This document shows, one piece after another, positions 23,959 to 38,852 of a stretch of 64,000 nt of DNA. Location of the stretch: positions 1 to 64,000 of the forward strand of contig MCFE01000265.1 of the NCBI GenBank assembly GCA_002104905.1. Reading direction: 5' to 3'. This DNA comes from Basidiobolus meristosporus CBS 931.73 (Eukaryota > Fungi > Basidiobolomycota). The number at the start of each line of letters is the position of its first letter. Within the stretch, counting starts at the first letter, position 1. The translations under genes and the position numbers were made by a program. Below the pieces are notes generated by a model. The model did no database searches and was not told where the DNA came from. It saw only the letters and a list, made by a program, of their open reading frames with translations.

Positions 23959-24394
23959 CGTATGTAAGCCCAGTCCTATAAAGTTGATGAAGGGAATTCA
24001 CCTTGTTGACCATTTTATATTGGTGACACTAAGCATCAGTTTCCAATAAATGCGATTTTAGGATTACTAACGACATTTAGCATATACCGAATCGGATCAC
24101 ATCTCACCACTGTACCTCACTATTGGATGATGGTAATTGGTTTCATCCACCATGATAGTGATCTCCCAGCTGTGGAGCATATCGAATATACCGAATTACA
24201 GCCGGTCGAGGTGCCTGTCATCTTACCTTTCTTCCCATTTCGACGATGTTTCACGGGGTCCAGGCTTATAATATCATTGATTCTATTTTCAGAACATATC
24301 AGGTGAAGCCAGAGACTCGAGAGCCTTTATTATACCAGAATAGTGTACAAAGCATTATGGGTGGTGAAGGAATTGTGACGATTAAAGTTTTTCA

Positions 24395-27208
24395 CTACTT
24401 GTGTTCATGAATCATAGATTTGCGATGGTGCTGATTTGAGACGCGTGTTAATTGGAGCATGAAATCCTCTACGTTGCGGTTGTCCTCCGCCCTGAATGAT
24501 TTGCCATGGGCAATTCGATCGAATGCCTCCGAGTTTGATAGGATCATATACACTAGTCCCATGACACAGAAGACCCCAAACGAGTAGATCCAAATGCGCA
24601 CCACTGTAACAATGCTGGTATTGACTCCAGTGAACCATCCGAATAGGGCGAAGAGGGAAGCTAGGATATCTACAATAAACACCGCTCCTGCCAATTGCCA
24701 CGAAGGCCAACTCTCAAAAAAGGATGTGTTCAGACGAGTAATGAAGATCAGCCAGTTCTCAGTCAATGCTACTTCGAGGAACAGAACCTCTTGAGCCCCA
24801 CCGAAATTCTGAATGACTCCATTCCCAGGAACCATGGTGGTAGTGAAGATGATCCATGTACCGATGGTTAGGATGATTCCCATCACTAAGGAGAGTCCCC
24901 ACAGCTTGGGCAAGTTCCATTTCACTGGGGTGGCAGAGTATGGTGCATTATCGTAGGCAACCATAAGAGTGGCAACATCAGCAAAGATGGCAAGAAATAC
25001 AACAAGTTGTGCATTGATGGTGTAGTCAAGAATAACCATAGAGGTGGTCAAGAACATCTCCAAGTGAAGGGAGAGCGCGATACGGTACACAATATAGGCG
25101 TACATACGATGAAAAATCTGACGAGAAGTCTTGATAGCATCGATGATCACTCCCAGTCCGGGGGCCAAGAATACAATATCGGCAGCACTACGAGCAGCAT
25201 CACTAGCTCCTTCCACAGCAATTCCGGTGTCAGCCTTCTTGAGGGATGGTGCATCGTTCACACCATCACCGGTCATGGCAACAAGGTAGCCACGCTTCTG
25301 GAGAATGTCGACAGCATGATACTTGTGCTCAGGGAACACCTCAGCAAATCCATCAGCCGCTTCAACAAAGTCATACAATTCCGCTCCAGTCATGTCTCCT
25401 TTACTTGATGCTCCACCCTGGGTCATACCAAGCTGATCAGCATTGTAGATATTGGTACCCATTCGGAGTTGTCGTGCGGTTTCCTTGGCAATACCAACAG
25501 CATCGCCGGTAAGCATCTTCACTTTGAGTCCGAGTTCTTGGGCGGTAGCAATGGTCTTGGCGGTATCATACCGTGGGGGATCGAACAACGGCAGGATACC
25601 AAGGATTTGCCACCCATTAGCTGGGGTGTACCAAGCAATACCCAAACTTCTGAAGCCACGATCGGCAAACTCCGCAACCACTTCATCATACTTGTAGGCC
25701 ACATCTGGATTGATGGAGCCTTCTCTCTCCACCATGCGAAGCACAAATGGTGGGGCTCCCTTGACTGCAACACACTCGTTGCCTTCAGGGTCAATCACTT
25801 TGGCAATCACCATCTTCGACACTGGATCGAACGGCTGGAACTCTTTCATGCGATACTCTCTCATCTTTCTCTTTGCATTCGGGTACTTTCCCAAGGCTTT
25901 GATCACGGCTTTGTCGATGGCATCCATACCCTTCTTCTTTCGCGAGGCGGCCAAGGCAGAGACAAACATCAGCATCTCATCGTCCACCCCTTCAACGCAG
26001 TATGGATCGTGAAGGGTGAGCTTGTTCTGAGTAAGGGTGCCAGTCTTGTCCGAACACAGGATCTCCACACCAGCAAGTGACTCAATGGCGGTCAGCTTCT
26101 GCACAATGGCCTTCTTCTTGGCCAAGAATGCCGCACCGACCGCCATTGTGGTTGTGACCACAGCAGGGAGACCAACTGGAACACCAATTACGGTGATGAT
26201 GAGTGTATACTCCAGCAGCCTGACAATGCCAAGCGAGCGATAGAAGCCAGCACTCCAAATGATCAACAGCCACAAGATCACTAGAATCAACAGGACCGTA
26301 CCAATGTTGTTGATGACTTCGGTGAAATGCCCAGTCCCACTGGACTTTCCTGCAAGTGTGGCTGCTCTTCCTACAAACGTTCTTTCGCCGGTGGCTGTGA
26401 CAATTGCATAACAGCTGCCTCGCTTGATAGCCGAGCTACTGAACAACTCATCGCCTGGGCCTTTGGACGCTGCCAGCGACTCACCGGTCAGAGCTGACTG
26501 ATCCACCTGTAGCCGGGAATCTTCACCGAGAATCCGAGCATCAGCCGGAACAATTGCACCATCCTCGACCAAGATGATGTCCCCTGGCACCAGCGAGTTG
26601 GCCTCCACTTCTCCTTGTCTGCCATCTCTTACAGCAGTAGCCGAAAGCGCCAGCGTTTGCTTTAGTTGATCGATGATGTTTCCAGCTTGGTACTCTTGCA
26701 AGAAGCCGACGACTGCGTTCAAAACCAGCAATGCAATGATCACACCAAAATCGACCCAGTCTCGAAGCCCGCCAGCCAGGCACACTGCAGCCCACATCAC
26801 ATACTGGATCGGGCCGCAGAAGAACTTCAGGAATTTGATGAAACTGTTCTCAGTCTCCATGGAGAGCTGATTGAGGCCATACTTCTTTCGCCGGATTTCC
26901 ACTTCAGCAGAAGTCAAGCCTATGTTTGGATCAGTTTGGAGCAGTTCTTCTGGTATTGGCTTCTCTCTAATCTCCCCTTCTTCATCTTCTTCATCCTCTG
27001 GGAAGTCCTCTTCGTCACTCCAATCATAATCGCTCATGATAGATACCGCCGCAGCTGACTGTTGGGTGTCTTTTTTGGTTAGTGGGGTTGGAGTAAACTC
27101 GCCATCCACCGAGAGATGTCTCTCTCTCGTTGGGGTGGTCTGTGTTGTGTCAAACTGCACGGTGGAGTTGTTTAGACTTGCCGGGTTGGGGCCTGGTTTT
27201 TCGGACAT
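24395..27208 (-). CDS. PMA1: Plasma-membrane H+-ATPase, copy 2, group A, 937 aa
   Basis: Same motifs; core nearly identical to copy 1, termini differ. Confidence 0.97.
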   Translation of the reverse strand: MSEKPGPNPASLNNSTVQFDTTQTTPTRERHLSVDGEFTPTPLTKKDTQQSAAAVSIMSDYDWSDEEDFPEDEEDEEGEIREKPIPEELLQTDPNIGLTSAEVEIRRKKYGLNQLSMETENSFIKFLKFFCGPIQYVMWAAVCLAGGLRDWVDFGVIIALLVLNAVVGFLQEYQAGNIIDQLKQTLALSATAVRDGRQGEVEANSLVPGDIILVEDGAIVPADARILGEDSRLQVDQSALTGESLAASKGPGDELFSSSAIKRGSCYAIVTATGERTFVGRAATLAGKSSGTGHFTEVINNIGTVLLILVILWLLIIWSAGFYRSLGIVRLLEYTLIITVIGVPVGLPAVVTTTMAVGAAFLAKKKAIVQKLTAIESLAGVEILCSDKTGTLTQNKLTLHDPYCVEGVDDEMLMFVSALAASRKKKGMDAIDKAVIKALGKYPNAKRKMREYRMKEFQPFDPVSKMVIAKVIDPEGNECVAVKGAPPFVLRMVEREGSINPDVAYKYDEVVAEFADRGFRSLGIAWYTPANGWQILGILPLFDPPRYDTAKTIATAQELGLKVKMLTGDAVGIAKETARQLRMGTNIYNADQLGMTQGGASSKGDMTGAELYDFVEAADGFAEVFPEHKYHAVDILQKRGYLVAMTGDGVNDAPSLKKADTGIAVEGASDAARSAADIVFLAPGLGVIIDAIKTSRQIFHRMYAYIVYRIALSLHLEMFLTTSMVILDYTINAQLVVFLAIFADVATLMVAYDNAPYSATPVKWNLPKLWGLSLVMGIILTIGTWIIFTTTMVPGNGVIQNFGGAQEVLFLEVALTENWLIFITRLNTSFFESWPSWQLAGAVFIVDILASLFALFGWFTGVNTSIVTVVRIWIYSFGVFCVMGLVYMILSNSEAFDRIAHGKSFRAEDNRNVEDFMLQLTRVSNQHHRKSMIHEHK

Positions 27209-27897
27209 ATTAAATATCTATATGAGAAAACAGATTCGGTTGTTTGAGGTGTACGATGCAAAATATAAACTGGATGGGCAGCATGCGAATCATTTTTATA
27301 GGTGCCTTGGTACTGTGTTCTCCACTTGGATCACTTGCCGTCACAAATTATTCATAATCATCCCTACCAAAAATGGCAATGGTAAATTTACCCCAACTAC
27401 CTAGTGATTACCGAATAGGACTGTTCCTAACGCTGGTATTATTCGCTTTCCCGACCATCTCCCAGGTCACCACAGGTTACTGGAACCGTATTACGCAAGC
27501 GCCATATATTGCTTTCCCATTTTAACATAATCGATATACGTTTGAATTGAAATAAGTGTGGGCCGCATTCCCGATGGTAATATACTACAGATACCTGGTG
27601 AGGATGTTTCACCACCCGATCAATGCGTTGCTCAGATCAGTATATAAAGTTATTGTGTAACGAGATAGACAGCTGCCACGAAGCGTAACTGACCGGCATT
27701 TACTGATTCCGTGATGGGTTGCAATTAGCACTCATCAAGTATGGCATAGACTAATACTAATACTGAATAAAAAATAGAGGCTTTTATCTATGCAATTATA
27801 TTTATTTAATAATATCAAGCGAAACGGCAATATTAGGCATATGATGATTTCTAGGGTATCTATTGGGTATCAGTGTGCAAATATGAAATGTACTAAT

Positions 27898-30687
27898 CTA
27901 ATGTTGTCCCAACATGGGTTGCTCTTCATGTAGTCTGGATATACGTGCCATCTCAACCATTAAATCTTCCATGCCTCTGCTCTTCTTCTTCATCGACTTG
28001 CCATGAGCAAGTCTATCGAAAGGCCTCGGAGTTCGACAGGATCATGTACACCATGGCCATGACAACAAACACTCCGAACGAGAACAGCCAGATACGGACG
28101 ACCGCAACAATACTGGTATGCTCGCCAGTGAACCATCCCCAAATTGCAAAGCACGAGGCAAGGATATCAACTGCAAACACAGCACCAGCCAATTGCCAGG
28201 ATGGGAGACTCTCGAAGAATGATTTGTTCAGACGAGTGATGAAGATCAACCAATTCTCAGTCAAGGCAACTTCAAGGAACATCACTTCTTGCGCTCCACC
28301 GAAGTTCTCAATGATACCGTGGCCAGGGACAAAAGTGGTGGTGAATACGATCCAGGTACCGACAGTGAGAATGATCGACATGACCAACGAGAGTGCCCAC
28401 AGCTTGGGTAGGTTCCACTTGACTGGGGTAGCCGAGTAAGGAGCATTATCGTAGGCAACCATGAGAGTGGCTACATCGGCAAAGATGGCAAGGAACACAA
28501 CGAGTTCGACATTGATTGTTTCGTTGAGAATGACAATCGAGGTGGTCAAGAAGATCTCCAAGTGAAGGGACAGAGCAATACGGTACACGATGTAGGCGTA
28601 CATACGATGGAAAATCTGGCGAGAAGTCTTGATAGCATCGATGATCACTCCCAGTCCGGGGGCCAAGAACACAATATCGGCAGCACTACGAGCAGCATCA
28701 CTAGCTCCTTCCACAGCAATACCGGTATCGGCCTTCTTGAGGGATGGTGCATCGTTCACACCATCACCGGTCATGGCAACAAGGTAGCCACGCTTCTGGA
28801 GGAATGTCGACAGCATGATACTTGTGCTCAGGGAACACCTCGGCAAATCCATCAGCTGCCTCAACAAAGTCGTACAACTCTGCTCCAGTCATACCACCCT
28901 TACCAGATGCTCCTCCGCCACCCATACCGAGTTCATCGGCATTGTAGATATTGGTGCCCATTCTGAGTTGTCGTGCGGTTTCCTTGGCAATACCAACAGC
29001 ATCACCGGTAAGCATCTTGACCTTGAGTCCGAGTTCCTGAGCAGTAGCAATAGTCTTTCCGGTATCAAACCGGGGAGGATCGAACAGTGACAAGACACCA
29101 AGAATCTGCCATCCGTTAGCTGGAGTGTACCAAGCAATACCCAAACTTCTGAAACCACGATCGGCAAACTCAGCAACAACTTCGTTGTACTTCTTAGCAA
29201 GATGCAGGGTCCAGAGTACCTTCCCTTTGAACCATGCGAAGCACAAATGGTGGGGCACCCTTGACTGCGACACACTTGTTGCCCTCAGGATCGACAACCT
29301 TGGCAACCACCATCTTGGACACAGGATCGAATGGCTGGAACTCAGTCATGCGGTACTCTCTCATTCTTCTCTTAGCGTTAGGATACTTTCCGAGTGCCTT
29401 CACAACAGCCTTGTCAATGGCGTCCATGCCCTTCTTCTTACGCGAGGCAGCCAAAGCGGAGACAAACAGCAGCATCTCCTCATCCACTCCATCCACACAG
29501 TAAGGGTCGTGGAGGGTGAGCTTGTTCTGAGTCAGGGTGCCAGTCTTATCCGAGCACAAGATCTCCACACCAGCAAGTGATTCGATGGCAGTCAGCTTCT
29601 GAACAATAGCCTGCTTCTTAGCCAAGAAGGCCGCTCCAACAGCCATAGTGGTTGTGACCACTGCGGGAAGTCCGACTGGGACACCAACAACAGTGATGAC
29701 CAAAGCATACTCCAAGAGCTTGACAATTCCCAGCGAGCGATAGAATCCAGCACTCCAAATGATCAGAAGCCAGATGACCACAAGCACCAGCAGAACAGTT
29801 CCGATGTTGTTGATGACCTCAGTGAAATGGCCAACTCCATTGGACTTTCCAGCAAGGGTAGCGGCTCTTCCTACGAAGGTATGTTTGCCAGTGGCAGTGA
29901 CAACAGCATAACAGCTACCACGCTTGATGGCTGAGCTACTGAACAACTCATCACCAGGTCCCTTGGAGGCTGCCAATGACTCGCCAGTCAGCGCTGCTTG
30001 ATCGACCTGGAGACGTGAGTCCTCACCAAGAATACGAGCATCAGCTGGAACAATCGCACCATCCTCCACGAGAATGATGTCACCTGGAACGAGCGATGTA
30101 GCCTCCACCTGGCCTTCCTTTCCGTCTCTGACCGCGATGGCGGAGAGTGCCAATGTCTGCTTCAGCTGGTCAATGATGTTGCCAGCCTGGTATTCCTGGA
30201 TGAACCCGACGAATGCATTCAGTGCCAGCAACCCAATGATCACACCAAGATCGACCCAATCTCTGAGACCTCCGGAAAGGCCCACAGCAGCCCACATCAC
30301 ATACTGAATGGGGCCGCAGAAGAACATGAAGAACTTGAGGATCTTGCTCTCACTCTCGATGTCGAGCTGGTTGAGTCCATACTTCTTACGACGGGTGTCA
30401 ACCTCAGCCGAGGTCAATCCGACCCTTGGATCGGTCTGGAGTAGCTCCTCAGGCACGGCGGTTTCGACCAATTGGCCTTCCTCATCGACCTCTTCCATTA
30501 CTTCACCATCATCACTCCAGCCATAGTCACTCATGATCGAGATGGCAGCGGCGGATTGCTGGGTGAGCTTTTTGGAGAGTGGAGATGTGGGACTCAGGTT
30601 TCCGGATCCATTGTTCTCACTGGCAGGCTCCACGGTGTCAAACTGTACACCAGTGGGATTTGTATTTTCGTCAGGTAGTTCTGACAT
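27898..30687 (-). pseudogene. PMA1: Plasma-membrane H+-ATPase, copy 3, group B; three +1 frameshifts, probably consensus errors (928 aa if corrected)
   Basis: Extra bases at 29202-29205, 28801-28804 and 28018-28021 relative to paralogs; removing three bases restores a full ORF ending ...[26 protein letters not shown] at 27898. Confidence 0.9.
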
Positions 30688-30848
30688 CGTGTATTATGTA
30701 TGCGGCTGAATATGTAATTATTAATGTGGCTACTGTCGATTTGGGCTGGTTTTTATATCTTCTGACTCAAACTCGATCACGTATCGTCACTGTACTGTTA
30801 GCAAGGGCCTAACCAATTTTGTCCCGATGAAGCTAGACTGGGTTCTTT

Positions 30849-30864
30849 TGATTTCGGAAAATCA
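30849..30864. promoter_or_regulatory. Near-palindromic promoter motif TGATTTCGGAAAATCA upstream of copy 3
   Basis: 162-177 nt upstream of the ATG; homologous motifs upstream of copies 4 and 5. Confidence 0.5.
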
Positions 30865-31959
30865 TACCACAGTTTCCACTTGATATAGTTCCCTAAAGGG
30901 GATAGTATTTTCGCTGGTCCGCGGCTGGTTATTATAAACAGATCAATGTAAAGTCAATAAACTGTATATATCCAGGAAGTGTCCTTCTTTGTCTCAGGTT
31001 TGCCATTTTATGATGGTTGGGTGGCATCGCGCTAAACTCAACACTAACCATATTCCAAGGTCGATAGCGCATTTCAACTATTGCTAATTTGTATGCTGAG
31101 CCTCAAACATGGAATTCATGCATCGGTAACACAGTCGTCTGTGCAAATTTCTATAGTAGTACCTACCACGCCTCTATCCTTGGTTCCAAACTGGACTAAT
31201 GCAGGTAGGATTACGTGATGGATATCGGATATCTAGCATGACCAATCGATAGCACGTATCGGGAATGGCTAGCCACCTATCGTGTTTAGGAATTGACTGC
31301 TTGATTAGGATTAGGGGCTTGTGTACTACTGGGTTTGGTTACCAGAGGGGCTAATTTTGGTTTAGTCTACTTAAAACCGGATATTAAGCTTGGAATTTTC
31401 AGGTGCATTCGACTGATTCCGGCTCTTAATAATACCGAGGGTGGAATCATGTCTTCCCAACGTTCATCTAATGTATTTGGTAACCCGCTTGTGCAATGCC
31501 TCAACGTACCAAGGTCCACAATGAAAGATCACCTATGGAAGATGCGCGCGCATGAGCCACCGAGTAGGATTATAATCTGCTTATTTTTTCAAGGACAATT
31601 ATACGGTGGTGTCATATTCCAAATCGGGAAACCATATCGGTCTTGTTACGGTGGATTTCACATGTGGATACGAGAATCTAGTTATGGAACTTGATTTCAG
31701 GATTTCAAGCTGATTGTCGACTTAATAACAAATCTGATCCCTAAAGATAAAAAGGGTCTCCATTTTCGTGAGTTTAGCACAGAAATTCTCATTACTCTAT
31801 ATTTACATTTCTCGTAAAGATCAGCCTCGAATCTTTGCTACCATTCAAACAAAACAAAACACCAATTATGAGTATTATCTTTATTATTCAGTTTAGCGTC
31901 AAATGCGGTATCTAAAATATACATGTGTTGAATGAAAATGAGGTATATCGCTTTCAAGA

Positions 31960-34761
31960 TTATACGGCGTTGTTAGCCAGAGTTGATTGACTTTCATGTA
32001 GCAATGAGAGGCGGGACATCTCAACCATAAAGTCTTCCATTTTTCTGTTCTTCTTCTTCATCGACTTGCCATGAGCAAGTCTATCAAAGGCCTCAGAGTT
32101 CGACAGGATCATGTACACCATGGCCATGACAACAAACACTCCGAACGAGAACAGCCAGATACGGACGACCGCAACAATACTGGTATGCTCGCCAGTGAAC
32201 CATCCCCAAATTGCAAAGCACGAGGCAAGGATATCAACTGCAAACACAGCACCAGCCAATTGCCAGGATGGGAGACTCTCGAAGAATGATTTGTTCAGAC
32301 GAGTGATGAAGATCAACCAATTCTCAGTCAAGGCAACTTCAAGGAACATCACTTCTTGCGCTCCACCGAAGTTCTCAATGATACCGTGACCAGGGACAAA
32401 GGTGGTGGTGAATACAATCCAGGTACCGACAGTGAGAATGATCGACATGACCAACGAGAGTGCCCACAGCTTGGGTAGGTTCCACTTGACTGGGGTAGCC
32501 GAGTAAGGAGCATTATCGTAGGCAACCATGAGAGTGGCTACATCGGCAAAGATGGCAAGGAACACAACGAGTTCGACATTGATTGTTTCGTTGAGAATGA
32601 CAATCGAGGTGGTCAAGAAGATCTCCAAGTGAAGGGACAGAGCAATACGGTACACGATGTAGGCGTACATACGATGGAAAATCTGGCGAGAAGTCTTGAT
32701 TGCATCGATGATCACTCCCAGTCCGGGGGCCAAGAACACAATATCGGCAGCACTACGAGCAGCATCACTAGCTCCTTCCACAGCAATACCGGTATCGGCC
32801 TTCTTGAGGGATGGTGCATCGTTCACACCATCACCGGTCATGGCAACAAGGTAGCCACGCTTCTGGAGGATGTCGACAGCATGATACTTGTGCTCAGGGA
32901 ACACCTCGGCAAATCCATCAGCTGCCTCAACAAAGTCGTAGAGTGCTGCTCCGGATAAGCCGCCCCTGCCAGATGCTCCTCCACCACCCATACCAAGTTC
33001 ATCAGCATTGTAGATATTGGTGCCCATTCTGAGTTGTCGTGCGGTTTCCTTGGCAATACCAACAGCATCACCGGTAAGCATCTTGACCTTGAGTCCGAGT
33101 TCCTGAGCAGTAGCAATAGTCTTTCCGGTATCATAACGAGGAGGATCGAACAGCGACAAGACACCAAGAATCTGCCATCCGTTAGCTGGAGTGTACCAAG
33201 CAATACCCAAACTTCTGAAGCCACGATCGGCGAACTCAGCAACAACTTCGTTGTACTTCTTAGCAAGATCAGGGTCCAGAGTACCTTCCCTTTGAACCAT
33301 GCGAAGCACAAATGGTGGGGCACCCTTGACTGCGACACACTTGTTGCCCTCAGGATCGACAACCTTGGCAACCACCATCTTGGACACAGGATCGAATGGC
33401 TGGAACTCAGTCATGCGGTACTCTCTCATTCTTCTCTTAGCGTTGGGGTACTTTCCGAGTGCCTTCACAACAGCCTTGTCAATGGCGTCCATGCCCTTCT
33501 TCTTGCGCGAGGCAGCCAAAGCGGAGACAAACAGCAGCATCTCCTCATCCACTCCATCCACACAGTAAGGATCGTGGAGGGTGAGCTTGTTCTGAGTCAG
33601 GGTGCCAGTCTTATCCGAGCACAAGATCTCCACACCAGCAAGTGATTCGATGGCAGTCAGCTTCTGAACAATAGCCTGCTTCTTAGCCAAGAAGGCCGCT
33701 CCAACAGCCATAGTGGTTGTGACCACTGCGGGAAGTCCGACTGGGACACCAACAACAGTGATGACCAAAGCATACTCCAACAGCTTGACAATTCCCAGCG
33801 AGCGATAGAATCCAGCACTCCAAATGATCAGAAGCCAGATGACCACAAGCACCAGCAGAACAGTTCCGATGTTGTTGATGACCTCAGTGAAATGGCCAAC
33901 TCCATTGGACTTTCCAGCAAGGGTAGCGGCTCTTCCCACGAAGGTATGTTTGCCAGTGGCAGTGACAACAGCATAACAGCTACCACGCTTGATGGCTGAG
34001 CTACTGAACAACTCATCACCAGGTCCCTTGGAGGCTGCCAATGACTCGCCAGTCAGCGCTGCTTGATCGACCTGGAGACGTGAGTCCTCACCAAGAATAC
34101 GAGCATCAGCTGGAACAATCGCACCATCCTCCACGAGAATGATGTCACCTGGAACGAGCGATGTAGCCTCCACCTGGCCTTCCTTTCCATCTCTGACCGC
34201 GATGGAGGAGAGTGCCAGTGTCTGCTTCAGCTGGTCAATGATGTTGCCAGCCTGGTATTCCTGGATGAACCCGACGAATGCATTCAGTGCCAGCAACCCA
34301 ATGATCACGCCAAGATCGACCCAATCTCTGAGACCTCCGGAAAGGCCCACAGCAGCCCACATCACATACTGAATGGGGCCGCAGAAGAACATGAAGAACT
34401 TGAGGATCTTGCTCTCACTCTCGATGTCGAGCTGGTTGAGTCCATACTTCTTACGACGGGTGTCAACCTCAGCCGAGGTCAATCCGACCCTTGGATCGGT
34501 CTGGAGTAGCTCCTCAGGTACGGCGGTTTCGACCAATTGGCCTTCCTCATCGACCTCTTCCATTACTTCACCATCATCACTCCAGCCATAGTCACTCATG
34601 ATCGAGATGGCAGCGGCGGATTGCTGGGTGAGCTTTTTGGAGAGCGGAGATGTGGGACTCAAGTTTCCGGATCCATTGTTCTCGTTGGCAAGCTCCGTTG
34701 ATTCAAATTGAATCCCAGCGGTATTATTGTTTGGTGTGTTTTCATCAGTTTTCTCTGACAT
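31960..34761 (-). CDS. PMA1: Plasma-membrane H+-ATPase, copy 4, group B, 933 aa
   Basis: All P3A motifs intact; TATATA near 34846. Confidence 0.97.
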   Translation of the reverse strand: MSEKTDENTPNNNTAGIQFESTELANENNGSGNLSPTSPLSKKLTQQSAAAISIMSDYGWSDDGEVMEEVDEEGQLVETAVPEELLQTDPRVGLTSAEVDTRRKKYGLNQLDIESESKILKFFMFFCGPIQYVMWAAVGLSGGLRDWVDLGVIIGLLALNAFVGFIQEYQAGNIIDQLKQTLALSSIAVRDGKEGQVEATSLVPGDIILVEDGAIVPADARILGEDSRLQVDQAALTGESLAASKGPGDELFSSSAIKRGSCYAVVTATGKHTFVGRAATLAGKSNGVGHFTEVINNIGTVLLVLVVIWLLIIWSAGFYRSLGIVKLLEYALVITVVGVPVGLPAVVTTTMAVGAAFLAKKQAIVQKLTAIESLAGVEILCSDKTGTLTQNKLTLHDPYCVDGVDEEMLLFVSALAASRKKKGMDAIDKAVVKALGKYPNAKRRMREYRMTEFQPFDPVSKMVVAKVVDPEGNKCVAVKGAPPFVLRMVQREGTLDPDLAKKYNEVVAEFADRGFRSLGIAWYTPANGWQILGVLSLFDPPRYDTGKTIATAQELGLKVKMLTGDAVGIAKETARQLRMGTNIYNADELGMGGGGASGRGGLSGAALYDFVEAADGFAEVFPEHKYHAVDILQKRGYLVAMTGDGVNDAPSLKKADTGIAVEGASDAARSAADIVFLAPGLGVIIDAIKTSRQIFHRMYAYIVYRIALSLHLEIFLTTSIVILNETINVELVVFLAIFADVATLMVAYDNAPYSATPVKWNLPKLWALSLVMSIILTVGTWIVFTTTFVPGHGIIENFGGAQEVMFLEVALTENWLIFITRLNKSFFESLPSWQLAGAVFAVDILASCFAIWGWFTGEHTSIVAVVRIWLFSFGVFVVMAMVYMILSNSEAFDRLAHGKSMKKKNRKMEDFMVEMSRLSLLHESQSTLANNAV

Positions 34762-34935
34762 CTTGTACTAGTGTATTAGGTGTAAGTAGTCTATGAGAAT
34801 CAATGTACAAATGCTTTACTGATGTACAGACCTTCTTCGCGCATTATATATACCTACACTTTCACCTGAGTTCCAATCGATCCATTTTATCGCTTGATCT
34901 AATGCGCATCGTGGCCATAACATCCCGGTTTTGCA

Positions 34936-34951
34936 CGATTCCGGAAAATCG
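34936..34951. promoter_or_regulatory. Near-palindromic promoter motif CGATTCCGGAAAATCG upstream of copy 4
   Basis: 175-190 nt upstream of the ATG. Confidence 0.5.
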
Positions 34952-35859
34952 ATTTACACTGATCAGTTGACAAGATTTCCTGGTTGAGACTAATTTCCAA
35001 ATCCGAGCACCGCTAGATTTGGTCACTAGAGTATTACATCATGCGCTGTATTTGTTCATGGTGTTCCTATATTTACCGAAGGTTCCCTATTGCGCGTAGA
35101 TATTTAGGACGATTTCGAAGTGTATATGTTGAATGTTTAAACAATTTTGGATAGCATTTTATAATCTTAATTTCTGTAAGCTAACTGGGCGCCCACTGAT
35201 GACTTGGACATCATGCTTCGTTCACTTCTTTTACAAACCGGCTACTATCGTATAAAAGAATGTATCCATTGCACACTAATAGGCGGCTTGGTAAAGACTG
35301 TGTTCTTGATGACCTGATGTTAAGATTCACAATTGCAATCATAACACCTACAGTGGTAGTGGCTTCTAGTAATCCTCGGATAATTGTTTAATCGCATGTT
35401 AAGTCCAATGGATAACGCTTATTGACGTTGGCCAGTTTCAATAATTTACCGGAAATCCCTAATTTGACCATGGCACCTGTGGCCAATCGATAGCCAAACT
35501 TGTCAATGTCAAACTCAGTATCACAGACCAGAGGTAAAATAAATCCTTACATTAGATAGGGTTATCAAATGTGGAATTATCGGATCAGACTGGAAATAAG
35601 CCACGGAGCGCGAAAGGGTTACCACACGCGTAAAATCCATTCATTGCTATGGTTGGCTGTTTCCAATATTCTCTACAAACCGTACAGAAGCTATTCACTG
35701 TTGCTCAAAATTACTGGCACCTAATTAAAGATCATCATGAACACACTAAAAATCTGAATATTATCAATTTGTAGTTTATATATTATGATAACGAGTGGTC
35801 CAATTTACAAGTTTTGCTAGGATGGATTCTATAATGAAAGTAATAGACGGGTGGTGATT

Positions 35860-38658
35860 TTAACTAGATTTTGAGGCAAGTGGCATGCTCTCATGTTGGT
35901 TAGAAAGACGTGCCATCTCAATCATAAGGTCTTCCATTTTTCTGTTCTTCTTCTTCATCGACTTGCCGTGAGCAAGTCTATCGAAGGCCTCGGAGTTTGA
36001 CAGAATCATGTACACCATGGCCATGACAACAAACACTCCGAACGAGAACAGCCAGATACGGACGACCGCAACAATACTGGTATGCTCGCCAGTGAACCAT
36101 CCCCAAATTGCAAAGCACGAGGCAAGAATATCAACTGCAAACACAGCACCAGCCAATTGCCAGGATGGGAGACTCTCGAAGAATGATTTGTTCAGACGAG
36201 TGATGAAGATCAACCAATTCTCAGTCAAGGCAACTTCAAGGAACATCACTTCTTGCGCTCCACCGAAGTTCTCAATGATACCGTGACCAGGGACAAAAGT
36301 GGTGGTGAATACGATCCAGGTACCGACAGTGAGAATGATCGACATGACCAACGAGAGTGCCCACAGCTTGGGTAGGTTCCACTTGACTGGGGTAGCCGAG
36401 TAAGGAGCATTATCGTAGGCAACCATGAGAGTGGCTACATCGGCAAAGATGGCAAGGAACACAACAAGTTCGACATTGATTGTTTCGTTGAGAATGACAA
36501 TCGAGGTGGTCAAGAAGATCTCCAAGTGAAGGGACAGAGCAATACGGTACACGATATAGGCGTACATACGATGGAAAATCTGGCGAGAAGTCTTGATAGC
36601 ATCGATGATCACTCCCAGTCCGGGGGCCAAGAACACAATATCGGCAGCGCTACGAGCAGCATCACTAGCTCCTTCCACAGCAATACCGGTATCGGCCTTC
36701 TTGAGGGATGGTGCATCGTTCACACCATCACCGGTCATGGCAACAAGGTAGCCACGCTTCTGGAGGATGTCGACAGCATGATACTTGTGCTCAGGGAACA
36801 CCTCGGCAAATCCATCAGCTGCCTCAACAAAGTCGTAGAGTGCTGCTCCGGATAAGCCGCCCTTGCCAGATGCTCCTCCACCACCCATACCAAGTTCATC
36901 AGCATTGTAGATATTGGTGCCCATTCTGAGTTGTCGTGCGGTTTCCTTGGCAATACCAACAGCATCACCGGTAAGCATCTTGACCTTGAGTCCGAGTTCC
37001 TGAGCAGTAGCAATAGTCTTTCCGGTATCATAACGAGGAGGATCGAACAGCGACAAGACACCAAGAATCTGCCATCCGTTAGCTGGAGTGTACCAAGCAA
37101 TACCCAAACTTCTGAAGCCACGATCGGCGAACTCAGCAACAACTTCGTTGTACTTCTTGGCAAGATCAGGGTCCAGAGTACCTTCCCTTTGAACCATGCG
37201 AAGCACAAATGGTGGGGCACCCTTGACTGCGACACACTTGTTGCCCTCAGGATCGACAACCTTGGCAACCACCATCTTGGACACAGGATCGAATGGCTGG
37301 AACTCAGTCATGCGGTACTCTCTCATTCTTCTCTTAGCGTTGGGGTACTTTCCGAGTGCCTTCACAACAGCCTTGTCAATGGCGTCCATGCCCTTCTTCT
37401 TGCGCGAGGCAGCCAAAGCGGAGACAAATAGCAGCATCTCCTCATCCACTCCATCCACACAGTAAGGATCGTGGAGGGTGAGCTTGTTCTGAGTCAGGGT
37501 ACCAGTCTTATCCGAGCACAAGATCTCCACACCAGCAAGTGATTCGATGGCAGTCAGCTTCTGAACAATAGCCTGCTTCTTAGCCAAGAAGGCAGCTCCA
37601 ACAGCCATAGTGGTTGTGACCACTGCGGGAAGTCCGACTGGGACACCAACAACAGTGATGACCAAAGCATACTCCAAGAGCTTGACAATTCCCAGCGAGC
37701 GATAGAATCCAGCACTCCAAATGATCAGAAGCCAGATGACCACAAGCACCAGCAGAACAGTTCCGATGTTGTTGATGACCTCAGTGAAATGGCCAACTCC
37801 ATTGGACTTTCCAGCAAGGGTAGCGGCTCTTCCCACGAAGGTATGTTTGCCAGTGGCAGTGACAACAGCATAACAGCTACCACGCTTGATGGCTGAGCTA
37901 CTGAACAACTCATCACCAGGTCCCTTGGAGGCTGCCAATGACTCGCCAGTCAGCGCTGCTTGATCGACCTGGAGACGTGAGTCCTCACCAAGAATACGAG
38001 CATCAGCTGGAACAATCGCACCATCCTCCACGAGAATGATGTCACCTGGAACGAGCGATGTAGCCTCCACCTGGCCTTCCTTTCCGTCTCTGACCGCGAT
38101 GGCGGAGAGTGCCAATGTCTGCTTCAGCTGGTCAATGATGTTGCCAGCCTGGTATTCCTGGATGAACCCGACGAATGCATTCAGTGCCAGCAACCCAATG
38201 ATCACACCAAGATCGACCCAATCTCTGAGACCTCCGGAAAGGCCCACAGCAGCCCACATCACATACTGAATGGGGCCGCAGAAGAACATGAAGAACTTGA
38301 GGATCTTGCTCTCACTCTCGATGTCGAGCTGGTTGAGCCCATACTTCTTACGACGGGTGTCAACCTCAGCCGAGGTCAATCCGACCCTTGGATCAGTCTG
38401 GAGTAGCTCCTCAGGCACGGCGGTTTCGACCAATTGGCCTTCCTCATCGACCTCTTCCATTACTTCACCATCATCACTCCAGCCATAGTCACTCATGATC
38501 GAGATGGCAGCGGCGGATTGCTGGGTGAGCTTTTTGGAGAGCGGAGAGGTGGGACTCAAGTTTCCAGCTCCATTGTTCTCATTAACCGGCTCCACTGCAT
38601 TAAACTGGACTCCAGCGGCGTTGTTATTCGGTGTATATTCGTCAGTCTTCTCTGACAT
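35860..38658 (-). CDS. PMA1: Plasma-membrane H+-ATPase, copy 5, group B, 932 aa
   Basis: All motifs intact; ATG at 38658 (MSEK..) chosen by homology to the other copies. Confidence 0.97.
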   Translation of the reverse strand: MSEKTDEYTPNNNAAGVQFNAVEPVNENNGAGNLSPTSPLSKKLTQQSAAAISIMSDYGWSDDGEVMEEVDEEGQLVETAVPEELLQTDPRVGLTSAEVDTRRKKYGLNQLDIESESKILKFFMFFCGPIQYVMWAAVGLSGGLRDWVDLGVIIGLLALNAFVGFIQEYQAGNIIDQLKQTLALSAIAVRDGKEGQVEATSLVPGDIILVEDGAIVPADARILGEDSRLQVDQAALTGESLAASKGPGDELFSSSAIKRGSCYAVVTATGKHTFVGRAATLAGKSNGVGHFTEVINNIGTVLLVLVVIWLLIIWSAGFYRSLGIVKLLEYALVITVVGVPVGLPAVVTTTMAVGAAFLAKKQAIVQKLTAIESLAGVEILCSDKTGTLTQNKLTLHDPYCVDGVDEEMLLFVSALAASRKKKGMDAIDKAVVKALGKYPNAKRRMREYRMTEFQPFDPVSKMVVAKVVDPEGNKCVAVKGAPPFVLRMVQREGTLDPDLAKKYNEVVAEFADRGFRSLGIAWYTPANGWQILGVLSLFDPPRYDTGKTIATAQELGLKVKMLTGDAVGIAKETARQLRMGTNIYNADELGMGGGGASGKGGLSGAALYDFVEAADGFAEVFPEHKYHAVDILQKRGYLVAMTGDGVNDAPSLKKADTGIAVEGASDAARSAADIVFLAPGLGVIIDAIKTSRQIFHRMYAYIVYRIALSLHLEIFLTTSIVILNETINVELVVFLAIFADVATLMVAYDNAPYSATPVKWNLPKLWALSLVMSIILTVGTWIVFTTTFVPGHGIIENFGGAQEVMFLEVALTENWLIFITRLNKSFFESLPSWQLAGAVFAVDILASCFAIWGWFTGEHTSIVAVVRIWLFSFGVFVVMAMVYMILSNSEAFDRLAHGKSMKKKNRKMEDLMIEMARLSNQHESMPLASKSS

Positions 38659-38836
38659 TATCAACTAGTCAATTAGTAATATGTAGTCTATGGATATGAA
38701 TTTCTAAATAATTGAATGATGTTTGGTGTCTACCGATCCACCATTTTATACTCTCGTTATACTTACTGCCCTCTGATAAATCTATTGACTTTCTTAAAGC
38801 GTAATACTTAATGGCCAATACATCGTTGCAGCAGCG

Positions 38837-38852
38837 CGATTTCGGATAATCG
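38837..38852. promoter_or_regulatory. Near-palindromic promoter motif CGATTTCGGATAATCG upstream of copy 5
   Basis: 179-194 nt upstream of the ATG. Confidence 0.5.
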
